Below, piece by piece: positions 1-8,940 of a stretch of 27,255 bases of DNA. The DNA is from a virus, in UHGV virus genome UHGV-2078504; one strand, given 5' to 3'. Each line of letters opens with the position of its first letter. Position 1 is the stretch's first letter. Under the pieces are notes generated by a model. That model had not been told where the DNA came from. It saw only the letters and a list, made by a program, of their open reading frames with translations, and ran no database searches. Both the position numbers and the translations under genes were made by a program.

Positions 1-135
<135 letters not shown>

Positions 136-334
136 TTACCGTTAAATCATTTTAAAATCAGTAAGTTGTATCGAGTTTGTATGCTTTACTGTCATTAACT
201 TACTGTATGTTGATCCAGTGTATTTAACCTTGATAAACTCAGTCCAGCAACACAAAACCGCAACACATTGCATTTTGTCCCGTAGAAAAGACTTGTATGT
301 GTGAGCTTGTTTTCTGCGCCTACGCAGATAAGGA

Positions 335-1738
335 TTGAGAATGCCGCGCACTGTAACACATAATCCGGATAGCCCCAATAATGACGATGTTTTAGCCGCT
401 TCTGAAAAATGGGACGCCTGTAAACCCCCCTATACTAGCGCACACATGAAAATCTGTGTTGCTGCCGCCAAAATCATCCTCGCTGCTTCCGGCGTGGCTC
501 GCCGTTCCAAATACGAAAAAGAGAACTATCTCCGTATCGATTTCAGCAAAGCCGGTAAGGTTACATTTTACGCCGAGTTTCCAAAAAAGATGGGCCTCAA
601 AGGTAAAAAGCTCGGCGAGTGGCCGGAGCTCGCTATCCAGCTGGCGCGCGAAAAAGCACTAGGTATGGCTGACGGTGGACTGCGGGCAGAGTCCGTACAT
701 GCAGCGCTGGAAATGTACCGGGATGACCTCAAAGCCAAAGTAGCCCGTCAGAAGCTGAGCCCGGACAGTTTCACAACCTACGGGGTGCGTATCGACCGGA
801 TTAAATCAACGTTCGGCGAGCGCGAGGTGTTCAGCGACGTAACATACAGTCGGCTGGTGGAAGTGCTGGACGAGTGGATCGCCACTCGCTCGAACAATAA
901 CGCCCTGGAGTTGTTTGCCGAGCTCCGTCGGTTCTGGAAGTTCTGCGCACCTACTCTTTGCAACGGCCGCAATGTTGCCGCCAGTCTGCCAGATGATTAT
1001 GTTTCCTCCCGCGTACAGAAACCTACCCCCACACGGCTTTTTACCGATATTGAATCAATCGCCCGACTCTGGCTCAATGTTGCTGCCTGCACCTCTGTAC
1101 ACCAGAAGAATGCTGTTCGCTTCATGATCATCACTGGTGTTCGTCCGATTAATGTCCATAACCTGCGCTGGGACTACGTTCACGAGGAGGCTGGTGAAAT
1201 TGTTTATCCGGAAGGGGTTATCGGCATGCGAGGGGCTATGAAAACACAAAAGGCTTTCCGCCTGCCGATAACGCCTGAGATCCGGCGGATTATCGACGAG
1301 CAGAAAGCCTGGCGTGATTCAGTTCCTGAGTGCAACAGGGATTATGTATTTTTGCAGCCACGTGATCCAATGCAGCCATTTTCAAAACGATCACTGGATA
1401 AGCTGGTGAAAACATACAGCCCGGACGGGGCTGTAAAAGGAATAAAACATGATGGGACTGTTAAAGGGAAAGACGGTGCATTTAATACGATGTGCCGTAA
1501 ATTCCTTAAGAGCAATGTTATTGCCTTGATGAAGGAAAGAGGCTATTCCCGCTCAGACCGAAGGGAAATCAGCCTCCTTTGCCTTCACCACTCCAGCAAG
1601 TCAGATGACCCGATGGCAGAACATTACGACTTTTCTGATGAGATTTTACAGGAAGAGATTGCGTTGAAGCGCGAAGCTTTCGAGGCTCACGAGCGGAGCA
1701 TACTTGCGCAGGTGGCATTGCTACGGCGGCGAGGTTAA
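335..1738 (+). CDS. int: Phage integrase, tyrosine recombinase family
   Basis: 467-aa ORF adjacent to host gene; C-terminal region has recombinase-like motifs (ITGVRPINV..., ...CRKFL..., LCLHHSSKSDDPMAEHY with a candidate catalytic Tyr). True start uncertain; an internal Met at about 446 is an alternative. Confidence 0.75.
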   Translation: MRMPRTVTHNPDSPNNDDVLAASEKWDACKPPYTSAHMKICVAAAKIILAASGVARRSKYEKENYLRIDFSKAGKVTFYAEFPKKMGLKGKKLGEWPELAIQLAREKALGMADGGLRAESVHAALEMYRDDLKAKVARQKLSPDSFTTYGVRIDRIKSTFGEREVFSDVTYSRLVEVLDEWIATRSNNNALELFAELRRFWKFCAPTLCNGRNVAASLPDDYVSSRVQKPTPTRLFTDIESIARLWLNVAACTSVHQKNAVRFMIITGVRPINVHNLRWDYVHEEAGEIVYPEGVIGMRGAMKTQKAFRLPITPEIRRIIDEQKAWRDSVPECNRDYVFLQPRDPMQPFSKRSLDKLVKTYSPDGAVKGIKHDGTVKGKDGAFNTMCRKFLKSNVIALMKERGYSRSDRREISLLCLHHSSKSDDPMAEHYDFSDEILQEEIALKREAFEAHERSILAQVALLRRRG

Positions 1739-1935
1739 TACTGGCTGCGACATTTTTGAATAAAAGCGTCGACATTTCGGCGCTCATAACGAACTACTTT
1801 TGCACTGAAACGAATTGGTGCCAGGATAGCCCGATGACGATGCTTAATATTCCACTCACATAGCGTTTTCTGTGTAATACCTAACTTTTGGCATACTTCA
1901 TCCGGGGTGAGTAAATCGTCGGGTTTCTCGCTCAT
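1735..1935 (-). CDS. AlpA/excisionase-like small DNA-binding protein (Xis or transcriptional regulator)
   Basis: 66-aa ORF, LLTPDEVCQKLGITQKTLCEW helix-turn-helix typical of the AlpA/Xis family; sits beside the integrase and is start/stop-coupled to the upstream helicase gene. Confidence 0.7.
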   Translation of the reverse strand: MSEKPDDLLTPDEVCQKLGITQKTLCEWNIKHRHRAILAPIRFSAKVVRYERRNVDAFIQKCRSQY

Positions 1936-3326
1936 GCTATACCTCTCTTTTTCATGGCATCGAGCAGGATGTCCTGCACTGTTCGTTTTGAGTTGCGCCG
2001 CTCCATCACCATTTCGTCCATAGTGTCGGCAGCAATAATGTGGTGAATAAATACCGGACGATTGTGTCCGGCCTGTATCTGTCTGGTTGGGCCGATACGT
2101 TCAATAATTTGCTGATACTGCTCCAGGTCCCACCAATGTGAGAAAAATACCAGTATGTTTCCGCCGTCCTGCATGTTCAGACCGTGGCCCGCGCTGGCTG
2201 GGTGTGCAAAGAGAACAGGAATCTTTCCGGAATTCCAGTCACGTAGTGTCTGTGGATCCTGGTCGAGGTGACGACCGCGAGGAAATGCTTTAAGCAAGCG
2301 TTCAAGATCGTGTTTCCAGTGATAAGCAACCAGCACAGGTGCGCCAGCTGCTTCGGTCAGTATGCTGTCCAGCGCCTGTAGTTTGGTGTCATGCAGTTCT
2401 GACCAACTTCCGGTGTCATCTGTGTATACTGCGCCGCTGGCGATTTGCAGACACTTCAGTGTCTTTGCCGCGGCGTTCGGTGCTTCGATGCCTTCGCCAT
2501 TCAGCTCGAGGAACATTTCCTTTTCCATTTCACGATACTGCTGACGGGCCTTCGGCGGCATATCCACGCGGATTACGTTATGGATGGGGTCTTTGATATC
2601 GAACCAGTCGGCCGCATCCAGCGAGAGGGTCACATCGGCTAATGCTCGCTGTATTTCACCCTGTGAGTGAGCAAAAGGTTCCAGTTTAGTCCAGCTCTGT
2701 CCCGGAAACTGTATCGAGTTGAACCAGCGTGAGGTAAACGCGCCGTAAGTGCGCCCGAGACGTTGCCCTTGGTCCACAAACCACGATTGTCCCCACAAAT
2801 CTACCAGGCCGTTCGGTGCTGGCGTACCGGTGAGATTTATCCAGCGCCGGACATACTTATGCGCCACTTTGCCCAGCGCCGCCGCGCGCTTACCACCACC
2901 TCGCAGCCGGAAGGATTTTAGCCGGGTGCTTTCATCTGGAATGACAGTTCCGAACGGCCATCGTTCTCCCAATTCTTCAACCAGCCAGACAAGGTTATCG
3001 TAGTTGATGGTGAACACGCTCGCGTTGCTGTTCGCCAGCGCCGTAGAGCGCGCTTTGGCGTTACCGATGATCGGCTGTACCTCAATATTACGCAGATGCC
3101 CCCATTTAACAGCTTCATCAGGCCAGGTGCTTGCTGCAACGCGTAGCGGCGCGAGGACCAGCGCGGGGTGTGTTTCTGCTCCAGCCATGAAAAGATCTTC
3201 CAGCGTGGTGAGTGTCGCTACGGTTTTACCCATCCCCATCCCTGCCCAGATGTTGCCGCGCAGAATGTCGGTTTGGTGATTGATTATGAGGTTTTGATAA
3301 AGTCGGGGGTGGAATATGTTATTCAT
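1932..3326 (-). CDS. SNF2-family DNA helicase/ATPase
   Basis: 464-aa ORF with Walker A GMGMGKT, DEST (DExx-like) motif II, LTGTP and a C-terminal helicase region (GHGLNMQ). Confidence 0.8.
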   Translation of the reverse strand: MNNIFHPRLYQNLIINHQTDILRGNIWAGMGMGKTVATLTTLEDLFMAGAETHPALVLAPLRVAASTWPDEAVKWGHLRNIEVQPIIGNAKARSTALANSNASVFTINYDNLVWLVEELGERWPFGTVIPDESTRLKSFRLRGGGKRAAALGKVAHKYVRRWINLTGTPAPNGLVDLWGQSWFVDQGQRLGRTYGAFTSRWFNSIQFPGQSWTKLEPFAHSQGEIQRALADVTLSLDAADWFDIKDPIHNVIRVDMPPKARQQYREMEKEMFLELNGEGIEAPNAAAKTLKCLQIASGAVYTDDTGSWSELHDTKLQALDSILTEAAGAPVLVAYHWKHDLERLLKAFPRGRHLDQDPQTLRDWNSGKIPVLFAHPASAGHGLNMQDGGNILVFFSHWWDLEQYQQIIERIGPTRQIQAGHNRPVFIHHIIAADTMDEMVMERRNSKRTVQDILLDAMKKRGIA

Positions 3327-3390
3327 TAATACACCTATGGTAGAATATGTGTCAATTCTCTCTCTATATATATAACTAACGGAGGCGGGT

Positions 3391-4188
3391 ATGCCCCTGG
3401 CAAAAATACTTACAAAACAAGTTTCTTTATTAACTGTTTTTTCAGCGTTAGCTTATGCGATGGCATATTCTTTTCAGAAAGGTGTTGCATCGTATTATGG
3501 CTATCCAGCCCTTTTTATTAAAATAGATTTAAATACGCTATTGTATTCGGCTGTATGGCTTTTGTTTTTTAGTTTTTTATTTCTCGGTGCCTTATACGCG
3601 ACATTGATGTTTGATTTGAAAGGGAAATATTATGTTCCATTTATTATATTTATAGTGGTTATGCTAATACCTAATTTTTACATAATAGGATTTCATTGGC
3701 CTTTTGGTTATTTCTCCGAAACCTCTGTGATGAGTGTTGGAGATATTTTATTATTTGCTCTGCTTTTGTTGAATTACCACAATGCGGTGTCCGCGTCAAT
3801 CCATAGTAAGAGACACGAACATCATATGGATAGCATTAGAAAGTTTGGGAGGCTTGCAGAGTATAAAGACGTATTTTATTATATCGATTTAAAAATCCTA
3901 AAATCAGCTTTTCCTTTAGGGGTGATGACATTATTGATATTGAGCTATACCTTCGGGAAGGTTACTGCATTTAAAAATAACGAATATTATATGGTAGATG
4001 GTAGTAATACTAAAGTGTTGCTCAATTCATTTGGTAGTGGTTTTGTTGTTGGTGATTGTGAGTCCAATAGCGCAAAATTTGAATTTGTTAATGATTTAAA
4101 AGGGATGAAATTCACAGTTATGTCCTCTAAAAAGGAAATAGCTAAATTAAAAGAGTGTTTCGAAACACGTGTTAAAAATACGGATTAA
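3391..4188 (+). CDS. Hypothetical AT-rich membrane protein (moron; N-terminal multi-TM region plus C-terminal soluble domain)
   Basis: 265-aa ORF with GGAGG Shine-Dalgarno 5-6 nt upstream; several hydrophobic helices (VSLLTVFSALAYAMAY, LLYSAVWLLFFSFLFLGALYATLMF, VPFIIFIVVMLIPNFYIIGF, ILLFALLLLNY); strongly AT-rich compared with flanking genes; opposite strand to the surrounding operon. Confidence 0.65.
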   Translation: MPLAKILTKQVSLLTVFSALAYAMAYSFQKGVASYYGYPALFIKIDLNTLLYSAVWLLFFSFLFLGALYATLMFDLKGKYYVPFIIFIVVMLIPNFYIIGFHWPFGYFSETSVMSVGDILLFALLLLNYHNAVSASIHSKRHEHHMDSIRKFGRLAEYKDVFYYIDLKILKSAFPLGVMTLLILSYTFGKVTAFKNNEYYMVDGSNTKVLLNSFGSGFVVGDCESNSAKFEFVNDLKGMKFTVMSSKKEIAKLKECFETRVKNTD

Positions 4189-4200
4189 AGCATAAGTCTT

Positions 4201-4488
4201 TTATCTTTTATTGCGGCTTAAAATAATTTCCTCCAGATTTTTGCTATCCAGCACCACCACGGTAAAGCCCAGCTCGCGCAGCCGCTCGTGCTCGCGCAAC
4301 TGGTCGGCGCGTGGTGCTTTGCCGGGTGCTTTGCATTCAACGAAAACAAGACGGCCGCCGGGTAGCAGAACAATGCGATCCGGTACCGAGCGGCGACCGG
4401 GAGATACGAACTTAAAGGCCACACCGCCAGCCTTTTTCACTTCAGCGACGAGGTGCTTTTCGATAAGGCTCTCACGTTCATAAGACAT
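4201..4488 (-). CDS. VRR-NUC domain nuclease
   Basis: 95-aa ORF with PD-(D/E)xK-like core (PDRIVLLPGGRLVFVECKAPGK); GC-rich like the core operon; family commonly partners SNF2 helicases in phage replication modules. Confidence 0.7.
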   Translation of the reverse strand: MSYERESLIEKHLVAEVKKAGGVAFKFVSPGRRSVPDRIVLLPGGRLVFVECKAPGKAPRADQLREHERLRELGFTVVVLDSKNLEEIILSRNKR

Positions 4489-4548
4489 AAATTTGCCTTG
4501 TTAACACTTATTGGGTAGTATCAAATAAAACAAGTATAAGGAATTAAT

Positions 4549-5577
4549 ATGTCACGAATCTTATTTCCCTCTTCATGTAATCCTGAAAAGATATTTAATT
4601 TTTGCAATGAAATTGAAAAACATTCAGGTCAACAGCAAATAACAATCGATTTTTCGCATATGGGAAGGATTGAACCATTTACAATGGTTTATGTTGCTAA
4701 GCATATTCGAGACTTCCATCGAAAACAGAAAAAGAACATTGATGGTTTTAAACTTTTTTGTAGCGGGCATGAGAATAAGGATTATGCCGCAAATATGGCA
4801 TTCTTTCGAGCCTTCGGGTTAAAGCATGGCCGTGAACCGGGATGTACAGATGGAAATAATAATTTTGTTCCATTTACAATTCTTCGTGTTCAAACAGTTA
4901 TAGATGAAGCTAACGATAAATATACTGAGGTGCAAGAGATAGTTGAGGAACGATCTGGTAAATTAGCAAAGATTCTTGCTCGCCAAGAAGAAGGCGACCT
5001 CATTGATGCTTTGACATTTTCTATTAGGGAAATTATGCGTAATGTTGTGGAACATAGTGATTCAAAGGTGATTGAATATTGTGCACAGTATTGGCCTTCT
5101 TATGACCGTGTTGAAATAACAATTTCTGATAATGGTATAGGAATGAAAAAATCTCTATCGAAGAACCCTTATATAGAAGCTGATAATGATTCTGAAGCCA
5201 TTCAGTTAGCGTTAATGCCATCTATTTCTAGTAAAAATTTTAAGGGGGCGAGAATCAATACAAGAAATCCTTGGCATAATTCGGGATTTGGCCTTTATAT
5301 GATCAGCCGTATATGTAAACTTGGCGGTAGTTTTCTTATTTGTAGCGGTGACCATGCAATATATCTAGATGAACACGGAAAGAAGCATATAGAGTTAGGT
5401 CATTATCATGAAGGAACTGTCGTTAGAATGGTGTTGAATACTAAAAAACTTGGTTCCTTAAGCTCAATGCTTACGCAGTTTAAGGAGGATGGCTACAAAA
5501 TAGCTGCAGAAATAAAACATACTGGAGTTTATACAGCATCAGCTGCTTCGCAGATGTTATCTAGGGATTTTAAGTGA
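4549..5577 (+). CDS. Hypothetical protein with C-terminal GHKL/histidine-kinase-like ATPase domain (moron)
   Basis: 342-aa AT-rich ORF; C-terminal half carries N-box-like REIMRNVVEHS, G1 box ISDNGIGM and G2 box NSGFGLYMISRI characteristic of HATPase_c (histidine kinase/anti-sigma-factor kinase/GHKL) folds; N-terminal ~110 aa of unknown function. Confidence 0.7.
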   Translation: MSRILFPSSCNPEKIFNFCNEIEKHSGQQQITIDFSHMGRIEPFTMVYVAKHIRDFHRKQKKNIDGFKLFCSGHENKDYAANMAFFRAFGLKHGREPGCTDGNNNFVPFTILRVQTVIDEANDKYTEVQEIVEERSGKLAKILARQEEGDLIDALTFSIREIMRNVVEHSDSKVIEYCAQYWPSYDRVEITISDNGIGMKKSLSKNPYIEADNDSEAIQLALMPSISSKNFKGARINTRNPWHNSGFGLYMISRICKLGGSFLICSGDHAIYLDEHGKKHIELGHYHEGTVVRMVLNTKKLGSLSSMLTQFKEDGYKIAAEIKHTGVYTASAASQMLSRDFK

Positions 5578-5584
5578 CTTTGTA

Positions 5585-7648
5585 TTACTCCTTACGGTAG
5601 TGGTACGCCTCAAAGCCGCCAGCATTCAGCGGAATATCGGGTGCCCATTCGGGGTTAGTGGAGAGAAGCGCGGAAAGCGCTTTATCGTTGAAATCTTCTG
5701 TGTCAGGTGCTTCGGTGATCACCTCGTCGTGTACCGTCAGCACAATGCTGTAACCGGCATCTTCGATAAGCGGCATGTTTCCGGCCAGAATGTCGCGGGC
5801 GGCCGCCTGGGTGATGTTCTCCACCAGCTTTCCGCCGTAGGTTTTGAGTCGTTGCCATTTACGCGAATAAGAGTTAACCCCCATGTAGGTGATATTCCCT
5901 TTTTCGATAACCGGAGACGGGTAGCATACAGCGCGTCCGGATGGTAGCTGTATGCGCAGCCACGCGCCATCGCGGCGGATTTTAAGATAACCGCAATACA
6001 ATGTTTTTTGCGGTGTGGCGATTGCAGTGCGGACGGTGCGCTCCAGTTCGTACCAGAAATCACAGGTCGCGGGATGCGCCCGGCGCCAGAGACGTTTAAG
6101 TGAGTCGCAGGCGATAAATACCCGTTCAGAAAGCCCGTAGGTTGACTTGCGTTTAACCGATTCGTCGTACCAGCTTTTCGCCTCGCGGATAACATCGCGG
6201 GGAATGTTTGGTAGTGCGGCGTTCGCCAGCTCGTCGAGATCGAGACCGTAAACCAGTGCAAAAGTGATGAAGGCCGACACACCACCACCATAACCCAGAC
6301 CGAGTTCCATGACTTTACCGATCTGACGCATGTGTTTATCAACATCATCTGGTGCAATATCGAAAGCTTTTGCATACGCCAGTTTATATAAGTCCGGACC
6401 CGTTCCGGCGTCGTACTCTCTGAATGCATTCAGTTTCCATTCTTCTCCCGCCAGCCATGCCAGCATACGGCCTTCAATGTTCGACAAGTCACTTACCACC
6501 AGCTTTTTGCCTGTTGGCGCGATAATGCAGCCACGTAACGCTGAACTGGTTAGTTCCATGATATTGTCAAACAGCAGGTCTGCACATCCGGCTTTCAGTG
6601 CTTCGATGCCTTCGTCTATTTGTTCCTGTTTTAGTGAAGGGCGGGGAAGGTTCTGGGGCTGGAATAGCCGTCCGGCCCAACGACCGGTACGTGACGCCCC
6701 GCAGAACTGTAGCGTACCGCGTAAGCGCCCGTCGTGGCTTACGCCTTTCATCAGTGCCTTGTATTTACTGGTGCTGGTAGTACTGGCCTGCAGGCGGATA
6801 GCCAGCAGTTCTTTCACGGCAGATGGTAAATCGGGGTCGGCAATACGACGTTCCAGAGTACTGCGTTGCATGTCTGGTAGCTCCACACCGTAGGATTCAA
6901 CAATGTGCTTAATCAACGCGTCTCGTTGTGTGGCTGCCTGCACTTCGCCATCAGTCATTTCCTGTGTACGCTTTGCCAGGCGCTTTTGTTCCTGGTCTAC
7001 CACGTCGATCGCAGCGCGTGCGAGTTCCACGTCCATGCAGACGCCCCGGTCATTGATCTGCTGATCACGATGCCAGAGCGCCAGTTCTGTCCCCTGATAA
7101 TTCCACTTCGGCAGACGTTTATAGACTTCGCGCATTGCCTCGATATCCAGTCCGGCGTAAGCAACAAAGCGCCGCCATTCTTCCGGGTGGGTTTTGCTGG
7201 TGGCCCGGCGCAGTTTGCTGTTTTTCGGGCGTGGCTTACAGAACAGCTGGATCAGCGCTTTACCTTCTTTGTCCTTCGCTTTGTCTTGCGGGACGCCTAG
7301 TACTTCGCAGAGTTCCCCCAGAGACCCCGGGAGACCGTGCGCCAGCGCCTGCACCATTGTGTCGCGCCAACGTTCGACTGGCGGTGCTAGGCGCGGCATT
7401 GCATAACGCAGGACGGTGCGGTCGAAGTGAGAGTTATGAAAATAAAGTAGGGTTTCAGGGGCTGCGATTGCTTCGTATAAGCCGTGTGGAATACCACCAC
7501 CGGCAGTGATATCCCACACGTTTACTGGTCCGTCGTTGATAGCCCATGCGAAAAGCATCACTTCAACGCCTTCGGCATACGCATGGGTACCGTTCGTAAT
7601 AGGGATTTCGCAATAGGTTTCCAGGTCGCCCCATAGTATATTGGACAT
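5585..7648 (-). CDS. Family A DNA polymerase with N-terminal 3'-5' exonuclease domain
   Basis: 687-aa ORF; Exo I-like WGDLETYCE; polymerase motif [12 protein letters not shown], motif [13 protein letters not shown], motif C LTVHDEV. Confidence 0.85.
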   Translation of the reverse strand: MSNILWGDLETYCEIPITNGTHAYAEGVEVMLFAWAINDGPVNVWDITAGGGIPHGLYEAIAAPETLLYFHNSHFDRTVLRYAMPRLAPPVERWRDTMVQALAHGLPGSLGELCEVLGVPQDKAKDKEGKALIQLFCKPRPKNSKLRRATSKTHPEEWRRFVAYAGLDIEAMREVYKRLPKWNYQGTELALWHRDQQINDRGVCMDVELARAAIDVVDQEQKRLAKRTQEMTDGEVQAATQRDALIKHIVESYGVELPDMQRSTLERRIADPDLPSAVKELLAIRLQASTTSTSKYKALMKGVSHDGRLRGTLQFCGASRTGRWAGRLFQPQNLPRPSLKQEQIDEGIEALKAGCADLLFDNIMELTSSALRGCIIAPTGKKLVVSDLSNIEGRMLAWLAGEEWKLNAFREYDAGTGPDLYKLAYAKAFDIAPDDVDKHMRQIGKVMELGLGYGGGVSAFITFALVYGLDLDELANAALPNIPRDVIREAKSWYDESVKRKSTYGLSERVFIACDSLKRLWRRAHPATCDFWYELERTVRTAIATPQKTLYCGYLKIRRDGAWLRIQLPSGRAVCYPSPVIEKGNITYMGVNSYSRKWQRLKTYGGKLVENITQAAARDILAGNMPLIEDAGYSIVLTVHDEVITEAPDTEDFNDKALSALLSTNPEWAPDIPLNAGGFEAYHYRKE

Positions 7649-7694
7649 GTGTTTACCTTGGTTTTTATTCTATTAACTGATTAAAAGATTAATT

Positions 7695-8324
7695 ATGCAT
7701 ATGATCCAATACTTGATTGACCATACAGAGCATCTGGAGAAAATAGCTGGATATATTTTTTCATGTTTGATTGTTATGGGAGTCTGGATAAGAAAGATCA
7801 TTTTTAATTATAAGTATAAAGAGCCTAAATATGTCAAGAAGTTAATTTTATATTTAATTAAGTATGAACGTTATCTGGATAAGGAGGATAAGAAAGCCAT
7901 AGAAAAAAGAATAAATGATAAAATTATTCGTGATGCGCTGAAATTGCAATCCTCTTATAACCGAAGTGATGTTATTTACATTTGCAATAGATTAGAAAAA
8001 AGACAGTATATAAATCAGTTGATTAAGCTTCAGAATTATATAGAGAAAGATAACGGAGTGTTTTTTATTAATGTTGATTTTTCAGGTTTTTTATTTATTG
8101 TTAGTCGTCTGTTTTCCTTTCTGTGTTTTGTGCTGTTTACCCTTTTTTCTATTATCTGCATTATTTCCATAGGGCAAAATGAAGGCCTTTTAAATTATCT
8201 TGTGTATATGGTTATGATAATAGTTTTAGAGACTGTTGGTTTTTGGATGTATGATACTTTCCCGTCTAAGAAAAAGATCTGTGAACTAAATAAAGAATTG
8301 AGAAAGATTAAGATTCCTGAGTGA
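7695..8324 (+). CDS. Hypothetical AT-rich membrane protein (moron)
   Basis: 209-aa, very AT-rich ORF on the opposite strand to the operon; N-terminal TM helix (IAGYIFSCLIVMGVWI), lysine-rich soluble segment, then two or three C-terminal TM helices (FLFIVSRLFSFLCFVLFTLFSIICIISIG, LVYMVMIIVLETVGFWMY). Start could be 7695 or 7701. Confidence 0.6.
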   Translation: MHMIQYLIDHTEHLEKIAGYIFSCLIVMGVWIRKIIFNYKYKEPKYVKKLILYLIKYERYLDKEDKKAIEKRINDKIIRDALKLQSSYNRSDVIYICNRLEKRQYINQLIKLQNYIEKDNGVFFINVDFSGFLFIVSRLFSFLCFVLFTLFSIICIISIGQNEGLLNYLVYMVMIIVLETVGFWMYDTFPSKKKICELNKELRKIKIPE

Positions 8325-8342
8325 TTATACGCCTAATCAGTA

Positions 8343-8361
8343 GCCCGGTGTTTAACCGGGC
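8343..8361. terminator. Stem-loop between convergent genes (possible bidirectional terminator)
   Basis: GCCCGGT-gttta-ACCGGGC perfect 7-bp inverted repeat between the end of the 7695-8324 gene and the end of the 8377-8925 gene; no clear U-tract on either strand. Confidence 0.3.
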
Positions 8362-8376
8362 GTCTATGAAGTAGGG

Positions 8377-8925
8377 TTAAATTAGTGCTTCAGCATCAGC
8401 ACCTTCGCTGATATCGTCGAAATCGTCAGCGCTTGCCACTCCGCCGCCAGCGAATGCATCGCCGTCTCGCAGGAACTGGACTCCGCCGAGTGAGGCATTA
8501 ATGCGTTTACCGAAATTATTGTCCTGTGCCCAGATATCGATAACGGCGTTTACATAGCACCCTGCATAGGGACGTCCGTCAGCCTGAATAAGTGGCGAAC
8601 GATCGCGATCAAGAACAGCTGGGCGCGCTTTGTTAGCAGCATTCAGGAAGAAATTACCGGGGAAGCCTTCATACTCTGCTTTTTCATCACCATCATGCAG
8701 GCACAGATTGAGTTTTTTCTCCAGCTGGTTATAAATGGGCTCCCACTTCTCTCCCCATTTTTCCTTCGCTACCTGCTTCATAGCTTTACGGATTTCTTCC
8801 AGTTGTGGGTGTTTGGGTGACATTAAAAATACTGCGGAGAAACGTGGATCGCCTTCGCCGTTTACAGTTTTAGCTTCAAACAGAGACGGGAAGGCCAGAC
8901 GAACATTGTTCAGCTTCAGTTTCAT
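8377..8925 (-). CDS. DUF2815-like phage protein, putative ssDNA-binding protein
   Basis: 182-aa ORF in replication module beginning MKLKLNNVRLAFPSLFE; acidic C-terminal tail ...DDFDDISEGADAEALI resembling SSB/gp2.5-type interaction tails. Family assignment is from memory. Confidence 0.55.
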   Translation of the reverse strand: MKLKLNNVRLAFPSLFEAKTVNGEGDPRFSAVFLMSPKHPQLEEIRKAMKQVAKEKWGEKWEPIYNQLEKKLNLCLHDGDEKAEYEGFPGNFFLNAANKARPAVLDRDRSPLIQADGRPYAGCYVNAVIDIWAQDNNFGKRINASLGGVQFLRDGDAFAGGGVASADDFDDISEGADAEALI

Positions 8926-8940
8926 GGGTATTTCCTTAAA

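Noticed and set aside
142-378. 78-aa minus-strand ORF between yfhL and the integrase
   Set aside because: Overlaps the likely yfhL promoter/phage junction, no ribosome-binding site seen, Cys/Arg-rich product; probably non-coding.
456-1249. Short alternative-frame ORFs (64-70 aa) within the integrase gene
   Set aside because: Contained within the integrase ORF on both strands; no independent support.
2339-3279. Plus-strand ORFs (60-91 aa) inside the SNF2 helicase gene
   Set aside because: Antisense to a motif-supported helicase gene; products are Cys/Arg/Ser-rich low-complexity sequences.
5737-6893. ORFs of 230 aa (minus, 5737-6429) and 187 aa (plus, 6330-6893) inside the DNA polymerase gene
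   Set aside because: Fully contained within the much longer polymerase ORF that has clear catalytic motifs; alternative-frame products are low-complexity and Ser/Arg/Pro-rich, typical of spurious frames in GC-rich coding DNA.
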